Shown: positions 26,901 through 41,900 of the stretch, piece after piece
Position numbering within the stretch: the first letter of the stretch is position 1
Layout of the letters: every line of letters starts with the position of its first letter
NCBI RefSeq assembly: GCF_004010195.1
Contig: NC_057718.1
Location: 86,543,514 to 86,607,513 of the forward strand
From: Chiloscyllium plagiosum
Taxonomy: Eukaryota
Direction: 5' to 3'
Length of the DNA stretch: 64,000 nt
Notes under the pieces: model-generated
The model's input: only the letters and a program-made list of their open reading frames with translations
Database searches by the model: none
Told to the model about the DNA's origin: nothing
Made by a program: the position numbers and the translations under genes

Positions 26901-29900
26901 ATTTGAATGCAGGGCTATCTTGCTGCAATTGTATAGGTCCTTGGTGTGATCAAACTTGGAGTATTTGGTTTTGGACTGAGGAAGGATATTCTCACTAGAA
27001 AGAGTACAACAAATATGTAGCAGACTGATTCCTGAGACCAGGCCCGAATAAAACATTAACCTGCCTGGTATCTAACAGCAAGAAAATAGGAGAAGGAGCC
27101 CATTTGGTTCTTCGAAAACTCCATCATTCAACATGATCACAGCTGATCATCCAACTCCGTATTCTGGTTCCACTTTCTCCCCATACCCTTGGACCCCTTG
27201 AGTCCTAAGAACTAGATCTAATTCCTTCCTGAAAACATTCAATATTTTGGCCTCAAACACAACCACTGGCAAAGGATTCCACAGGCTCACCAGTGGATGA
27301 AATGAAATTCTTATTTCAGTCCCAAAAGGCCTACACATATGCTTAGACTGTGACCCCTAGCTTAGCACTCCCAGTCATCAGAATCATCCTTGCTGCATTT
27401 ACCCAGACTAGTTCCTTTGTAATTATATAGGATTCTATTAGATTACCTTCATTTTTTTTATATTCTAGTGAATAGTTTTAACCAATCTTATTTCTCACTT
27501 ATAATATCAGTCCCATACATATTCGTTGCACTCCTTCCATGGCCAGAATACCCTCGCTCAGACAAGGAGACCAAAACCAAATAGGTTATGTTGAACTCTT
27601 CTTCCTTCATTTCTTTGGGCAAGAGTCCTCTCACCATCCCACAGACTCCTTCACCCACCTCAAAACTTTCTGTTCACTTGGACCCATCCCTCTGGCCTTT
27701 TACTGCACTCAAGATGTTCATTAAGAACTGTCAACATGACTTTGGTTGCCTCAATTTCCCTGACATACCCATTCTAATCTATCTCTTTCTGAACTGACTG
27801 CACTGTGCTCTCAGATCCAACCCTGGCTTGATAACTCAGCCTGCCGACATTCTCTACCATTATGAAGAGTTCTAGTAAAAAAATGATAATTCTTACCCAA
27901 GGGACCTTGCACAGCTAGAATGCCAATTATAGACTTCTCAGTCCAGGATGGCTTGTTTTCTAGTTGTTTCCTCAATGTATTGATCCAGAAAAGAATCCCA
28001 TGCATTTTCAAGGAATTCCTCATCTATGGAATTGTTACGGATTTGTTTTGTGCAATTTATGCACTGATTTACGTCATTCATAATTACAGCTGTACCTTAT
28101 TGCTCACATGAGTAAGTTTCTACTTTATGCCTCCTCCAACTTTACCACTACAGTTTTTGTAGAAATGTGTAAAACAGAAATATGAATATTTCATGATTCT
28201 GGGTAATCCAAGATGGAGGACGGGAAAAAGTTGTGGCTGTAAGAGCTGCTCCTTATTTTGAGGTATTTTAGGTGTTGGAGGTGATGTTCTCGAATTCCAG
28301 GAGCAGCAATTACTGTTTTAAATGCTTTTGCATTGTTTTGGAACTTTGGGGAAAAAAAGTCAAAACAACAGTGGTTTTAAAAGGGAGAAGAGCAGACGAT
28401 GGAAGGACGGACGGGAGGGAAGGGAAAGGGAAAGGGAAAGGGAAAGGGAAAGGGAAAGGGAAAGGGAAGAAAAGAGAGAGAGAGAGAGAGAAAAAAAAAC
28501 TTGCACAGTTGCTGCCTTTGCTGTTTTTGAATTCATGTATCGCTGGACATCGGAGTGCATCTGGGAAAATTAACAATGAAATTCACAACTAATCTTGGAG
28601 GAACCGATTTGGGCAAAGTTCACAACACAGAATCAGATAAGTTAATTGTTGTTTTAAGTCTGTCCAAGAGAAAGGCAGTATTGGTGAGTACAATAGGTTC
28701 TTTCTTGATTATGCGTTTTTGGAGACAAATCTCCTGATTAAACTTAAAATATAAGCCATAGCTATTAATTTAACCCAGTGCAGTGTTTTATAGATGAATA
28801 CGACGGTGTTATTTTCTGGGTCTGTAGATTGTGAAGGAGCAAAAAATGGCCTTTGCAGTGATGTGTACTTCTTGTCAGATGTGGGAGTTGAAAGAGAGTT
28901 TAAGGGTTACTGCGAATTATATCTGCCATAAATGCTGTTGGATGCGAATCTTATCAGATGAAGTGGATCGGTTGGAGAGACAGATAGAAGCGATGAGGAA
29001 TTTGCAACAGCAACAGTGTGCGATGGATGGCAGTTATAGGAAGAGGGGAAAAGTCTCAGATACAGTCACATAGATGGATTAACTCCAGGAAGGGTGAGAG
29101 AGGTCAGCACCTAGGGCAGGAGTCTTTTGTGGATATACCCATTTCAAACAGGTATGCCATTTTGGAAAATGTAGGGGGTGATGGATTCTCAGGGGAACGT
29201 AGCACAAACAGCCAAGTTTCCAGTATTGAGACTGGCTCTAATGCAACGAGGGTTACGTCGGCTTCCAAGAGATCAATTGTGTTAGGGGATTCTGTGGTCC
29301 GTGGTACAGACAGACATTTCTGTGGCCAGCAGAGAGAAAGCAGAATGGTGCGTTGTTTCCCTGGTGCCAGGATCAAGGACATCTCAGAGAGGGTGCACAA
29401 TGTTCTCACGGGGGAGAAGGGCCAGCAAGAGGTCATTGTCCACAACGATATAGAAAAGGAGGTCCTCAAGGGTCAGAGTATTGAGTACAGGAGTTGGGAG
29501 GCCATGTTGCAGCTGTACAGGACAGTGGTTAGGCCACTGTTGGAATATTGCGTGCAGTTCTGTCTCCTTCCTATCGGAAAGATGTTGCGAAACTTGAAAG
29601 AGTTCAGAAAAGATTTACAAGGATGTTGCCAGGGTTGGAGGATTTGAGCTATAGGGAGAGGCTGAACAGGCTGGGGCTGTTTTCCCTGGAGTGTAAGGAA
29701 TGAGCTGCCAGAGGATGTGGTGGAGGTTGGTACAATTGCAACATTTAAGAGGCATTTGGATGGGTATAGGAATAGGAAGGAATATGAATATGGAGGGAAA
29801 TGGGCCAGGTGCTGGCACATGGGACTAGATTGGGTTGGGATTGGGATATCTGGTCGGCATGGACAGGTTGGACCAAAGGGTCTGTTTCCATGCTGTACAT

Positions 29901-32900
29901 TTCTATGACTCTAGCGGGGGGGGGGGGGGGGGGGGACCGAAGGTTAGAGAATTCTGTATAGAGTAACTCCATTCTCAACTATTTTCACTGAAACAATATT
30001 ACTTTTGTGATGGAAACCATACTCTCTCATGGTACTGTAATAATATGGATCAACAGCATACATTCCAGAGAGCCTGCCAGGTGCTTGGTCCAGACAAAGA
30101 AACAATGATGTTGGCATTCATTCCCATCATGGCAGAACTGGGTAACAATGCAGGTAGGAGACATATTTCAGATTTCACAGTAATAGGTTATTTAATGTAA
30201 ATAGCAGCGACCTGAAGGTAGCACAATTTTCTTCAAATGGGATCCTTAGTGCTGTTCACTTTCCTGCTCCTGAAAGCCTACTCAGTAAATGGGCCTAGAG
30301 ATGGTCTGCAAAACCTACTTCAACTTGGCACCTCACAGAACAGCTACTTACCATCCGAGCAAAGCAGGATGTGAGGATTCCACTGCCAGATCCCACATCA
30401 AGTGCTTTAGCCCCTTCATATAATTGATCATGTAGCAGTTCCAGGGCATATGCATGCTGCGAGAACAACAGATCACAACATAAATATCAATTAGGTACAT
30501 TCACAATGACTCAGTTACATGATTTCAATCAAGGTGATTTCCTTAATCAGTTTCAAATTACATCTTTTAGAGAGAGTTGGGGATACAAGGTGCATCATCT
30601 TTCATTTTGGTTAGAATATCAAACAACTTTAGCAAACCAATGCATCATAACTCAACAGTATTTAGGTACCTTTACAAAATCTTGCCAAAGCCTCACACTG
30701 AAAAGCAAACTTCACTCAAATTGACCTTTTTTTTAAAAACCAAGCACATTTGGCCACAGTTTAAAACATTCGATAATTGCTGCAAGTAATCGTGAAGGAA
30801 GCCAGGAATGGTCATGGTGTTTCAGGAAATGCAGATGACAAAATCATACTGTAGCAGTAAGGCTAGGAAAACTGAGCATCTGGTTAGATTCGAGTCACCG
30901 TGCCATGTAGTACAGGCCAAAGAAATGATACCTCCTTCAAACGTCTGTTGTGCAACTTAAAACACAAAAAGAAATGACTAAAATAAAAACAACAAGCAGC
31001 AGCTGCGGACATAGAGAAAGGGTTGATATTTCAAGTCCAATAGAGAAGGGAAGTAGAAATCTGACATGTTTTTACTGCTTTCCATGACCCACCCAAAAAA
31101 GACAGACTGGGGCAGATTAGAAAGCAGAAGGAATTAAATAATAATAAAAAAAAATCATGGAACACAAGGCGAAGCAAATGCCAATGGTGACAGTAAAGAA
31201 AAAATATTGTTCCAGACTAAGTGTTAATGGCAGAATAAAGGACAGCTCAGACAGAAAGCAGAACATGAAAAGAAGATACAGACTGGCATGACACAAAAAG
31301 TCTGAAGTTGTTGTACTCAATGTTGAAACCAGAGGCTAACAAGTGCCTAACTGGAAGTGCCTCGGCCTGCACTGGACTTCAGCAGAACTTTGCAGCAGAG
31401 GTCAGAAATGTGATCAGAACATGCGCATGCTAAATTGCCCATAGTGTTCAGGGATGTGTAGACTAGGTGCATTAGTTAGGGGAAAATGCAGATTAATAGG
31501 TGGAGGGGAATGGGTCTGAGTAGGATACTCGGAGGGTCAGTGTGGACTTGTTGGGTCTAATGGCATGTTACCAAACAGTAGGAACTTGAATTCTAAAAAT
31601 CATCAAGCTTCTTTCCTTTTTATATTCCACAAGTCATCCAAAAATATATGCCCAAGTTACATATCATAATACATACTAAGCATTGCTATTTAATATCAAA
31701 TTTTACATCTTGGATATAGGCTTTGACCCAACAAGTTTATTTCACAAATAAACTACTTTATATCATTGCACCATAACAGCACATTACCCTTTCTCCCAGT
31801 AGTGCCTTAGTTATTCTTAGCAAGTTTGGGGTTATAAAGACGACTTGAAATGTTAACGCTTTCTCTCTCCACAGATGCTTCCAATCCTGCTGAGTTGCTC
31901 TAGCATTGTCTATCTGTTTCAAGAGTTATATTGTTTTATAACAAAAAGCATATTATTGCTACAGAACATGAATGCATCATCAGGTCTGATCTCCAACGAC
32001 TGGATATATCCTATCGCCATTTGGGCTTCCTTTTCCTTAACACTGAGGCTGAAACCCAACTATTTCCCATGAACATCTGCACTCATTTTTCTTAATTTTA
32101 AGGCGCTGGATCAATACAAAATGAAGAATACTGAGTCATGTTAGAGGTGGCATGAGCATCTGTTACACAAATCTGCTGCACAGAAGGAGGAAGTTGTCTC
32201 ATGGTGTGGTGTCTCATTCTGCCTGCGCCAGAAGCTTCAGGCTCAAATTGCATTCCATGCTTTAATGGCCAAGGAAGGGAGTGTGCATAATGCAATCAAA
32301 CAGGTTAAGTGACAAATACTTCAAAAATATACCAATGACAGGTACTAAGAGCCAGGCAGATTCCTGATCAGCCATGTGATGAAAGTAACTGAAGCCACTA
32401 TCCATAACTCCAGCCTACACTATACAGGATAAGAGAATGTTAACAGCAATTCTGAATCCTTGGGGACATGGCCAGTGGCTAGATGGTCCATCTGGTTCAG
32501 AGTGGAGCCATATCACTGAGTTAATTTCCCGCTCTGGCTGGAATCTTGCATTTTCATTGCAAATGCAAGCGATAGAAACAGAAAGTTCATGACATTATCA
32601 CTTGCTACATAAAAGCACTCTTCACATGTCCCCTGAATCTCGACAAAAAGAAAAATCCATTACCTTTCATTTTTACATTATCAACAAATAAGAACAAATT
32701 TTGACTACCTTACCTAAACAGGTTGATTTCGTACACCATGATTACATCACCCCTTATTCTATTTTGCCTCGAGAAGAACAAAACCTCATCTTCCGCCTGG
32801 GCAGCCTACAGCCTGAAGGACTCAACATTGAGTTCCCCAATTTTAAATAACCTCCCTTCCCTGGATTCCCTTCCCAGCACCTCCCCCTCCATCCCATTCC

Positions 32901-35900
32901 TCTCATTGACCCTTCCTTCTAGCTACTGACCTGATTCATTCCTCCCACCAACAAACCAGGTTGTATACCCTCTAACTGTCTTCACCTATCCTCATTGCAT
33001 CACCCTGCCCGCCCCACCCCTTTCATCTGCAGCTCCCCTTATACCCACCCCTAGTCCTGAAAAAAAGGATTACATCTGAAACGTTGACTTCTCCACCTCC
33101 TGGTACTGCCTGGCTTGCTGTGTTCTTCCAGCCTCCTGCTTGTCAACCTTGAATTCCAGCATCTGTGGTTTTATTTGTCTCTAGGAGAAGAAAACCAGCT
33201 TTTCCAATGTAACCTTACACCCAAATTCTCACGCCTGAAATCACTCTACTCAAATCTCGTTTGCAACCCCTCAAGGACTTCCATGTTCTTCTTCAGGTAT
33301 GTAATAGCGTAGTCACCAGAACTGAACAATAATCAGTAGGTTTGCTATAGACTCATCATAATATCCCTGCTTTTGTGCTTAATATCATAACCTACAAATC
33401 CAAAAGGTCCCTGTCATTGCAATCTTTAGAATTGTACCATTAAGTACATGCTGTCCCTGCACATGCTTTCTGCCAAAATATCCAATTGTTCCATTGTTTT
33501 CTGTCAATTGTTTACCATCCTGCAGTCTATCCACTTTTGCAATCAACTGATATCAAACTCCCTGTTTATCACACTTTCAAGCCCAGTATCAAAAGGTAAA
33601 TTTTGCTCTGTATTGCAACATCTACATCAAGGTGTGTGCCACAACAGAAGTGATGGACAATATCCCACATACTTGAAACACCCCAATTTATTTTCTTTGC
33701 TGAAAGGTCAAATGGAGTTATAACCAAGCATTGAGCTGAGGCGTAGGATAATTGGACAAGGCACTCAGACATAATTCAGTTCCAATTTTACACCTTTATA
33801 TACTTTTTGTAATGGATACCAACCACCATTTATGCTCAACTAAAAGTCAGTGTAAAAGTTGTAGAGTCATCCAAAAATTCTGAGATTTTCTATACGTCTC
33901 TTGTAAAGGTCGATCCTTGTTCTTCAAAGATAACTGATTGACATTTGAGAATCAAGATATTGTATGAAAATGTTGTGATGAGGAAATGAACTTTTTCATG
34001 CTGTGTGTGTTGATGTAAATCACACCAACTTGGCGCAAAAAGGTCAAGTGACAACCAACTTTGTGGAATACAGTCACATACCTAGTTGAGGTTTTTAAAT
34101 TTCAGTGTAAAAATACCCTCCAGAGAAAACAAAAAAAAATTCAGCAGCGTTTAAACTGAAAGTTATTGAAGTTGCAGAGAAGACAAATAACTACGTAGCA
34201 GTAAGAGAAGTGTGCGTTTTGGAGAACCTTGAGAGAGACTGGAGAAAGATATCAAACCAACTTCAGATAATACTAAAATAAAAGGTAAACCTCGCAAATG
34301 GCAACAATTGGAGATAAAAATTGCTGAGTGGGTCCTTGAAAAATCACCAAAATGAAAAATGTGTTAGGCGTAAAGCCATCCGAATCTATACACGGAACAA
34401 ATCAAAGGGGGGTGGAATTTTAGATTTTACGACAATTGCTGGATGGTGCAAAAGGTTCATGAGAAGACATGGCTTAGTACTTTGGCAGAGAACTAAGAAT
34501 GCATAAAAGCTGCCCACTGAACTAGAAGATATTACAATATCACCAGGTTGTATTCAGAAATCTGCATTAGAAACATGGACAAAACGCCTATTACTCTCGA
34601 CATGCTGGAGAATTGAACTGCGAACCAAAAAGTGAAAAAAAAAACAGTATTGGTGAGAACCACTGGCCATGAGAAATGTAGGTTTACTTTAGTTCTTTCT
34701 TGTATGGCTGGTGGCACTAAGTTAAAACCGATAGCAGTTTTTAAATGAAAAACTTTGCCAAGGATGAAATTTCCAGAGGAAACTGTTGTCCCTATGCATG
34801 CACAAGGCTGGACAGATGAAGGTAGATGCAGAAAATGGACAAAGGAAGCTTGGAATTTACGACCTGGTGGACTATGCAAAGGAAGAGAGCACATTTGTCT
34901 GGGAATGCTTTAGATCACATTTAGTAAAAGAATATTGTTGATAACATCCGATCACGTAACACTGACGTATCTGTAATTTCCGGCAGACTTATGTGTTTTG
35001 CAACCAGTACATGTTGGTATCAATAAGCCATCTAAGGACATGATGAGAATGAAGTGGAATAACCGGATACGTGATGGAGAAAAAATATACACGAAAGGAG
35101 ACTGTATGGAGGCTCCAATCACTGCCACTGATCTGTGAATGGATCATTGATTCATGGAATAAATAAAAGTTGTCACTATTTCAAATTATTCAAGAAATGT
35201 GGAATTTCGAATGCACTGGACAGCACAGAAGATGATCATCTATGGGATGACATAGAAGCAGCAGTCGATGATGTGCTACCGCTAACTACAGACAGTGAAG
35301 CTGAAGAGGATCCATACGATATCATTCATCCTGATGATTATAAATCCGATGCTGAAGATGTTAACAAGGTAATTTTGCAGATTTAAATGAACTTTCGTAT
35401 TTGACATGTTTAAGATGTAATATGTATTTGCGATTTAAAACCATATTGTATTTCTACTTTATTTTTTAAATGTACAAATAAAAGCTTACTAATTCATTTT
35501 TGTTTCTATTGTCTTTATGTGTTAATTACTGTTGTTCATTGTTTTCTTTGTTTCGAGATCAACTGGGCTTCTGCTAACAATATGGAATTTTGGACTGTAG
35601 CATGAATTTCAGCCCCTCAAGAGTAATATCCATGTAATTGTCAACCCTATAAATTTAACCTTAACAAGTAGTGTAAAAAATTAGACATTTACACAAGTAT
35701 ATATGGTACATGAATTGATCATATTGTAGTTGCATGTAATGATACTCTAGCATCTCCACTGAGAGGAAGTAATTGCAGTGTGACTGTTTATACAAAAAAA
35801 ACAGAAGGAGATGCCATTTGGACCCCAAGGCCTGCTCCACCACGTAACAAGACGGTGGCTAATCGAATAATACCCTCAAATCTATAGTTCCAGCTACTCT

Positions 35901-38900
35901 TGATAACCTTTCAAATAAGTTGCATCCTAATCTAAACTCCAGCGAATACAAGCCCAGCAAGTCCAACTGTGCCTCATAAGATGATAACTGTGTGATAACA
36001 TCCTGTTTCTAGGCATCAGTTTGGAAATCTTTGAACTCCATCCAACTGACTTACATCCTTCCTTAAATAAGGAGTCCAACAGTTGGTAAGCAGGACTTCC
36101 CTTTCATAAATAACGTTGAGTCTGCCTGATTATCTTGAACTTAACCAAGTGCCTAATTATAATTTCCTTACTAAAGCTTTCTAATGTTTTTCCTAATGAT
36201 AGATGGTAAGCTATTTAACACATAGACATTAAATTTACTGTTTTTGAAACTAACAGGACTTTCTCTGAATATAGGAAACTTTAAATGAAAACTAATGCAT
36301 CGATTATGTCACTGGCCATTTCTTTCAGGACCCTGACACTTTTTAGCCTATAGCATAGACAACTTGATGCATACCACTTTCCTTTTGATTAAGATTAGAG
36401 AAGCTTCGTCCCTTCCATTTCTTTCAACATAGCTGTTTCTGGGATGTAACTTGATCCTTTATAGTGAATGCAAAATACTTGTTCAACGCATCTGCCATCT
36501 CCTTATACTTCATGATTAATTTTCCAAACTCATTTCCTACAGGAACAATGCTCACTTTTCTTTAGAATATTTAGAGAAACTCATTGTGTTCATATAGAAG
36601 ATATAAAAACAAAAACTTAATGGTAAAAGTTTACCACAAGCTGTTGGACTGTGGTTCAAAATCTGATTTACTCTCACCTACTCTCCAAAGTTCTCTGGCA
36701 AGTTCCTTGGGTCCGTTCAACCACACCATCTGTAAAACTCATCACCACCTCAAAGCAAGGATAATCAGTCTTGAATACATTCAAAAACCAAGAACCACAG
36801 CCCTCAGTGGTGGAGAAGTCTAAACATCTGAAGAAATTCCTCCTTTTGAATCCTAAACAATCTACTCCTTTAACCTAAGATTATGCCTCCTAGTTCTAAA
36901 TCTCTCCAGTCAGGGGATACACCCTTCAAGATCTATCCAGTCGAGCTAAATCCTGAACACTTGTTCAGTACCTGGCTACAAGGCAAGAATAGCTTGGAAG
37001 TACATTACAATGTCAGATCATAACTATTGTCTCAGGCATTAAAATGCTCTGAGAACATCCCAACAGTTATTTAACTACACAGAATAATCAAGGGTTTATC
37101 AATAAGGCTACAGACACAAGCTGGACAGTCATGTCTTTTGCATGTTCTATTTTGTTTCTCAACAATTTCAAATACAGATTCAAGAAATATTTATAAATGG
37201 GGATCTGATTCGAAAGATCAAGCTTCTTTGTTTACTATAAATGACCATATGGAGCAAATATAACTTACCTCGTTTTTAAATGACCTAATGCAATAAAGTA
37301 ATGACTATGCTACATTGAATCAGTACACCCTATTTGAAAAAAAAACAAGAATTCCCAACGATCCCTCTGCACGATCCTTTGCCTTGCATACATATTAAAA
37401 TTCACTCGAAAAGGTTTAGCCTGTAAAAAGTGACTTTATGATCGGTTCACTATCAGGTAGTATTAAATGCAGCAATACTGTATTTATCCACCAGAGGGTG
37501 GGACAATGTTTCCTGCTTACCCAACTATGACTGTGAAGAGATCATAACATGATGCCCATCTCCAATATCCTGTTACCCTAAATAAACATCCATGTAATGG
37601 TACATGCTAAGTGAAACATAACTTTACTGAATCACAACTTTACAATATCAAGCTGTGACACAAACACTCAAATAACCCTACCGTTTAATAATAACCTAAA
37701 GAGTGCGGATTTTAATGAAATGCATAAACTGCATCACCAAGCCTGTTTCAACTTAAAAAATGAAGAGGTATTCTATATTCCAGAATCCATAAACTGCGAC
37801 TAAATTGGTGCTGAACAGCATCGTTAGCACCAGCAGTATCAGCGTACATTAGATGACACTAAAATGTTTGATTGAGGCGGTTTCTTATTGACAAACGTTT
37901 GCTGTTGTTTACTAGGCAGTGGAAAAAGACACTACACAACAGTTCTCAACTCTAACTTCTACCACAAATAACCACAAATAGCAGTAATATTGCAGGAACA
38001 CAAGCACCTCCAGGTTTCCCTGCAGCTCATTCATCATCTGTAATTACACATATAATTCATATTCCTTCACTGCTGTTAGGCCAATACTATTAATTCATTG
38101 TGTAACAGAACAGGGGCATGATTGCCACAAAGATTAATAATTCAGGAGGGGACCATCTTCTTGCAGCAAGGAGAGCAGAGTCACGCTGTTTGCCACAACC
38201 CAAGGATAAAGTTTGGGTTACTTAGCATGTTTTGATTAGATGATGTTTTTTCACTATCAGATATACTAACTGTGGCACTTTTAATTTCATAGCAAAATTT
38301 TTTTTTGAAAAAAGGATAGTTGTAAACATTAGAGTCTGCTCATGTAATTATTCACTTGCAATCACAAAGAAACTCAACACTATATTCAGTTCACACTTTA
38401 TAGATCAATTGTCCAAAAGCTCGTTAGAAAGCATCAATGCTGGATAATCAATAGGGATGGCAACTTAAGGGGGAAACCTGGGAGATGACAGAACTCTGAA
38501 TATCATGCTGCTCCTCTTTTACCTGACAAAGGGGCAGCACTTCAAAAACCTGTGATTTCAAATAAAGCTGTTGGACTATAACCTGGAGTCGTGTAACTTC
38601 TGAACTTGTCCACTCCAAGCCAACACCAACACCTCCACATCATGGCTCCTCTTTCCAACTATATCATCTGTCCAGGCACCAAGCTGTTCGCATACTCTGT
38701 CCCTTTAACACAACATTTAAACCTTACCACTTTAACCAAGTATTTGGTCACGTGCCATAATAATCAATGTTTAGTTCAGTATCAAACATTTGTTTACTTA
38801 TTTTTCTGTGAAGTGCCTTGGGACATTTACCAAGTAAAAACCATAAAACTGCGAGGAAATCAGCAGTACACATTCCAGGAAGGTGATAATCATAGTAAAT

Positions 38901-41900
38901 TGCTAGATTGCACCCTGAATTCCCCCGTGCCGAGTAGACACCAATAATGGAAGTCCACAGCAGGAACACCAATCAAGCCAACTGCTCCCTCATAATGGTG
39001 TTGAACTTGGAGCACTGATATGACAACAACCCATCGCAAGGTTCAGAAGGCACTGTTAAAGCACTCAACCTTTGTCTGTTCTTGAAGCCACACTAGTGAC
39101 ACGGCTGATCTAATTCAATTTCTAAGCAATGGTGACATCGTCCCTCCTACTTCTAATATACAGAAGGTCTTAACAATGATGCTGCTGTACTCTGGAGGTC
39201 ATAGGAAAATATCCTGGCTTTGAACTGGCTCAGGATTTTAAATGTCACAAGGTAGGAGAGTTGCCATTTAAATTACTTGTCGACAGCTTGTCGATCTTAT
39301 AAAGGGTCCAGGACACTTCTAAGGAACTTAAAGTGACTTCTTTGTTGCAGAGATGATTGTCTTCTGACATTTCAAACCATTTTCTTTTACTTCACATACG
39401 ACTCCAACTATTAAAAGGATTTTTTTATTTGACCACTGATTCCAGCTTTTCCAGCAAGCCTAGGTGTCAATGACAAAGACCATCAACTTTCTCTGGAATT
39501 CAGCTCTATTCACATTGAGTCAAAGTTGCAATGCAGTTTGCAGCATAGGCTCAACTAATACCGTTGTAAACCTCACTGAAACATACACAGCCTTCAATAT
39601 AAAGGCAGCACTTTATCAAAAAATAACTTGCACTTACCATGTGTGGAGCACTGATTGTAGCTTGGAAACCTATAAAACAAAGCAAGTTCCATTTATTTAC
39701 AAATGTGAAACATTTTTAAATCTTGCAATTCATGTGAGTAAATGCATAGCTGCAATGTGCAAATGATATCCTTGGCAACATTGTCAAAACAGACTTTTAT
39801 GTACAATACATCATTATAACACAATGAATGGAGCACAACAAATGAAATAAGTCTCAGGATTCTCTGCCAAGGGTCAAAATTTATTTTTTTTGAGAGCTAC
39901 GAGTGAGGCACTCAAGGACTACTTTCTCATATTCACTAACTCCTTTATTAGACAATGCACTCATATACTAACATTACCTTTGTGTGTGTGCTGAATCCTA
40001 TCTTAAAATAAAGTTCTCTTTTAGAGCAATAGGACACCACAAGCACCAAAGACTATGTACATTTTAAGTTTTCAAACTTGGAATCTATAAACAAAGTGCG
40101 TGTTTTGAAAAGAGCAAAGAATGGCATTAAGTCAGGACACTCATTTGGGCAGCTGCTGCAGACATGGTGGGCCCGAATGGCCTCCTTCTGCACAATTATT
40201 TTATGACAACTAAAATCTCCCATAAATTGTGCAATGGTAGGACAGGGGCTGATTCTAACGTCCACTCTGTTTTCCAAATCAACTGGTTGATCTATTGCAG
40301 AAACAATACCAATAAACAGAAGCTCCCTTAACAGATAAATGTCGTTCTTGAACTACCTGATGTCACTGTGGGTTTCTTCAGCCAGTTCCACTGATGGTTC
40401 AATACGGTGTGCTTCTGAAGTATCTCGTAGGCTTTTAGTTGAAGTCTATGCAGTACCAATATATTGTTGCTTTACAATGATAAATAGCCTTGTCTAGCAC
40501 TGGAAGGCATTTGATTTCTTCACTCAAGTTAAATTTGAGCGCCACATTCTTTGAAACACAAGAGACATAAAGTTTGCTTGTTTTTTTAGATTACTTACAG
40601 TGTGGAAACAGGCCCTTCTGCCCAACAAGTCCACACAGACCCGCCAAAGCGCAACCCACCCAGACCCATTCCCCTACATTCACCCCTGCCCCTAACACTG
40701 CAGGCAACTTAGCATGGCCAATTCACCTAACCTGCACATTTTTGGACTGTGGGAGGAAACCGGAGCACCTGGAGGAAACCCACGCAGACACGGAGAATGT
40801 GCAAACTCCACACAGTCAGTCGCCTGAGGCAGGAATTGAACCCAGGTCTCTGGCGCTATGAGGCAGCAGTGCTAACCACTGTGCCACCGTGCCGCCCACT
40901 TTGTAGGCAAATACATAGAAACTTACTAAAGATCCTTAGACAGCACATTCCAAGCTTGGAAATATATCACTGTTCCTTCACTGGCACTGCGTCAAAATCC
41001 TGGAATTCCCCAAGGACATTGTGGATCAACCTACAGCACATGGCCTACAGTGGTTCAAGAAGGCAGCTCACTACCACCATTTCAAGGGCAACAATGTTTA
41101 GACAATAATTGCTGGCCAGCTAGCAATGCCCATGTCCTACATGTGAATAAAAATAAGCATGATTGATGAGCATCCTTAACAGCTCTTTTTTCCCCCAAAA
41201 GTTTACTTATCAGGAACAACCTATAGCTTGTTTTAGTGAGCTTCCTCATCGCCATCTAGCATTTGAGTTCTGCACGCCCTTTCCCTAAACCCCAGTACAT
41301 CCTTCCCACTGACATTCAAGCGCTGCTCCCTCCCCTTCCTCACTGATGCTCAGTCTTGGCCCGAAAGCACACTTCCCTCTGAACAGCCACTGTTCTAGTC
41401 CCCTGAAACTTTGCTGCACAAACTCAATCAGAGTTCAATCCTCCCTGTCCTTACTATGCCTTCAAATCACATTTTTCAAACTGGAGTAAGAACAATAGAA
41501 GCAAAATCTATGAATGGTGGAGCTGGAACAGGCAAAATGAGGGAGAGATGGTGTATCCCTTTTCGCCCCGCTTTTGGGAGGGAAGGTATGATTTTTTTTT
41601 AAGAATTACTCAATCACTCTTTCGATTTAATTTTTAAAGGAGCATTTTGTGATATCTGGGGCAATTTGCTTGCCTCCCCCATGTTGAGAAACCTGCTGCC
41701 TACAAGCCAAGACTGGAAATCAAAGACAGCAAGAATGCAGATATGAGCATGTGCTAGGAATGAATGATAATTGAAGGCAGAGGGTAGAAGAGTGGAGAGA
41801 GGAGAAACTTGCTCGCCAAACCCACCTGATAACAGGTAATGGAATTTGGTAGTGCTTGCGACTATTATCACAATCAGAATGTGTCATCAGGTGCTCAACA

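Noticed and set aside
28272..28592. GK/RE/FP/SL dipeptide-repeat ORFs
   Set aside because: Translations of (GGGAAA)n and (GA)n inside a CR1 5' UTR.
29018..29647. 209-aa ORF as a domesticated gene
   Set aside because: ORF1 is frameshifted upstream and the esterase is truncated; best explained as a deletion chimera.
29916..29935. Poly-G as a functional G-quadruplex
   Set aside because: It abuts a retroposon tail, homopolymer length is assembly-sensitive, and there is no other support.
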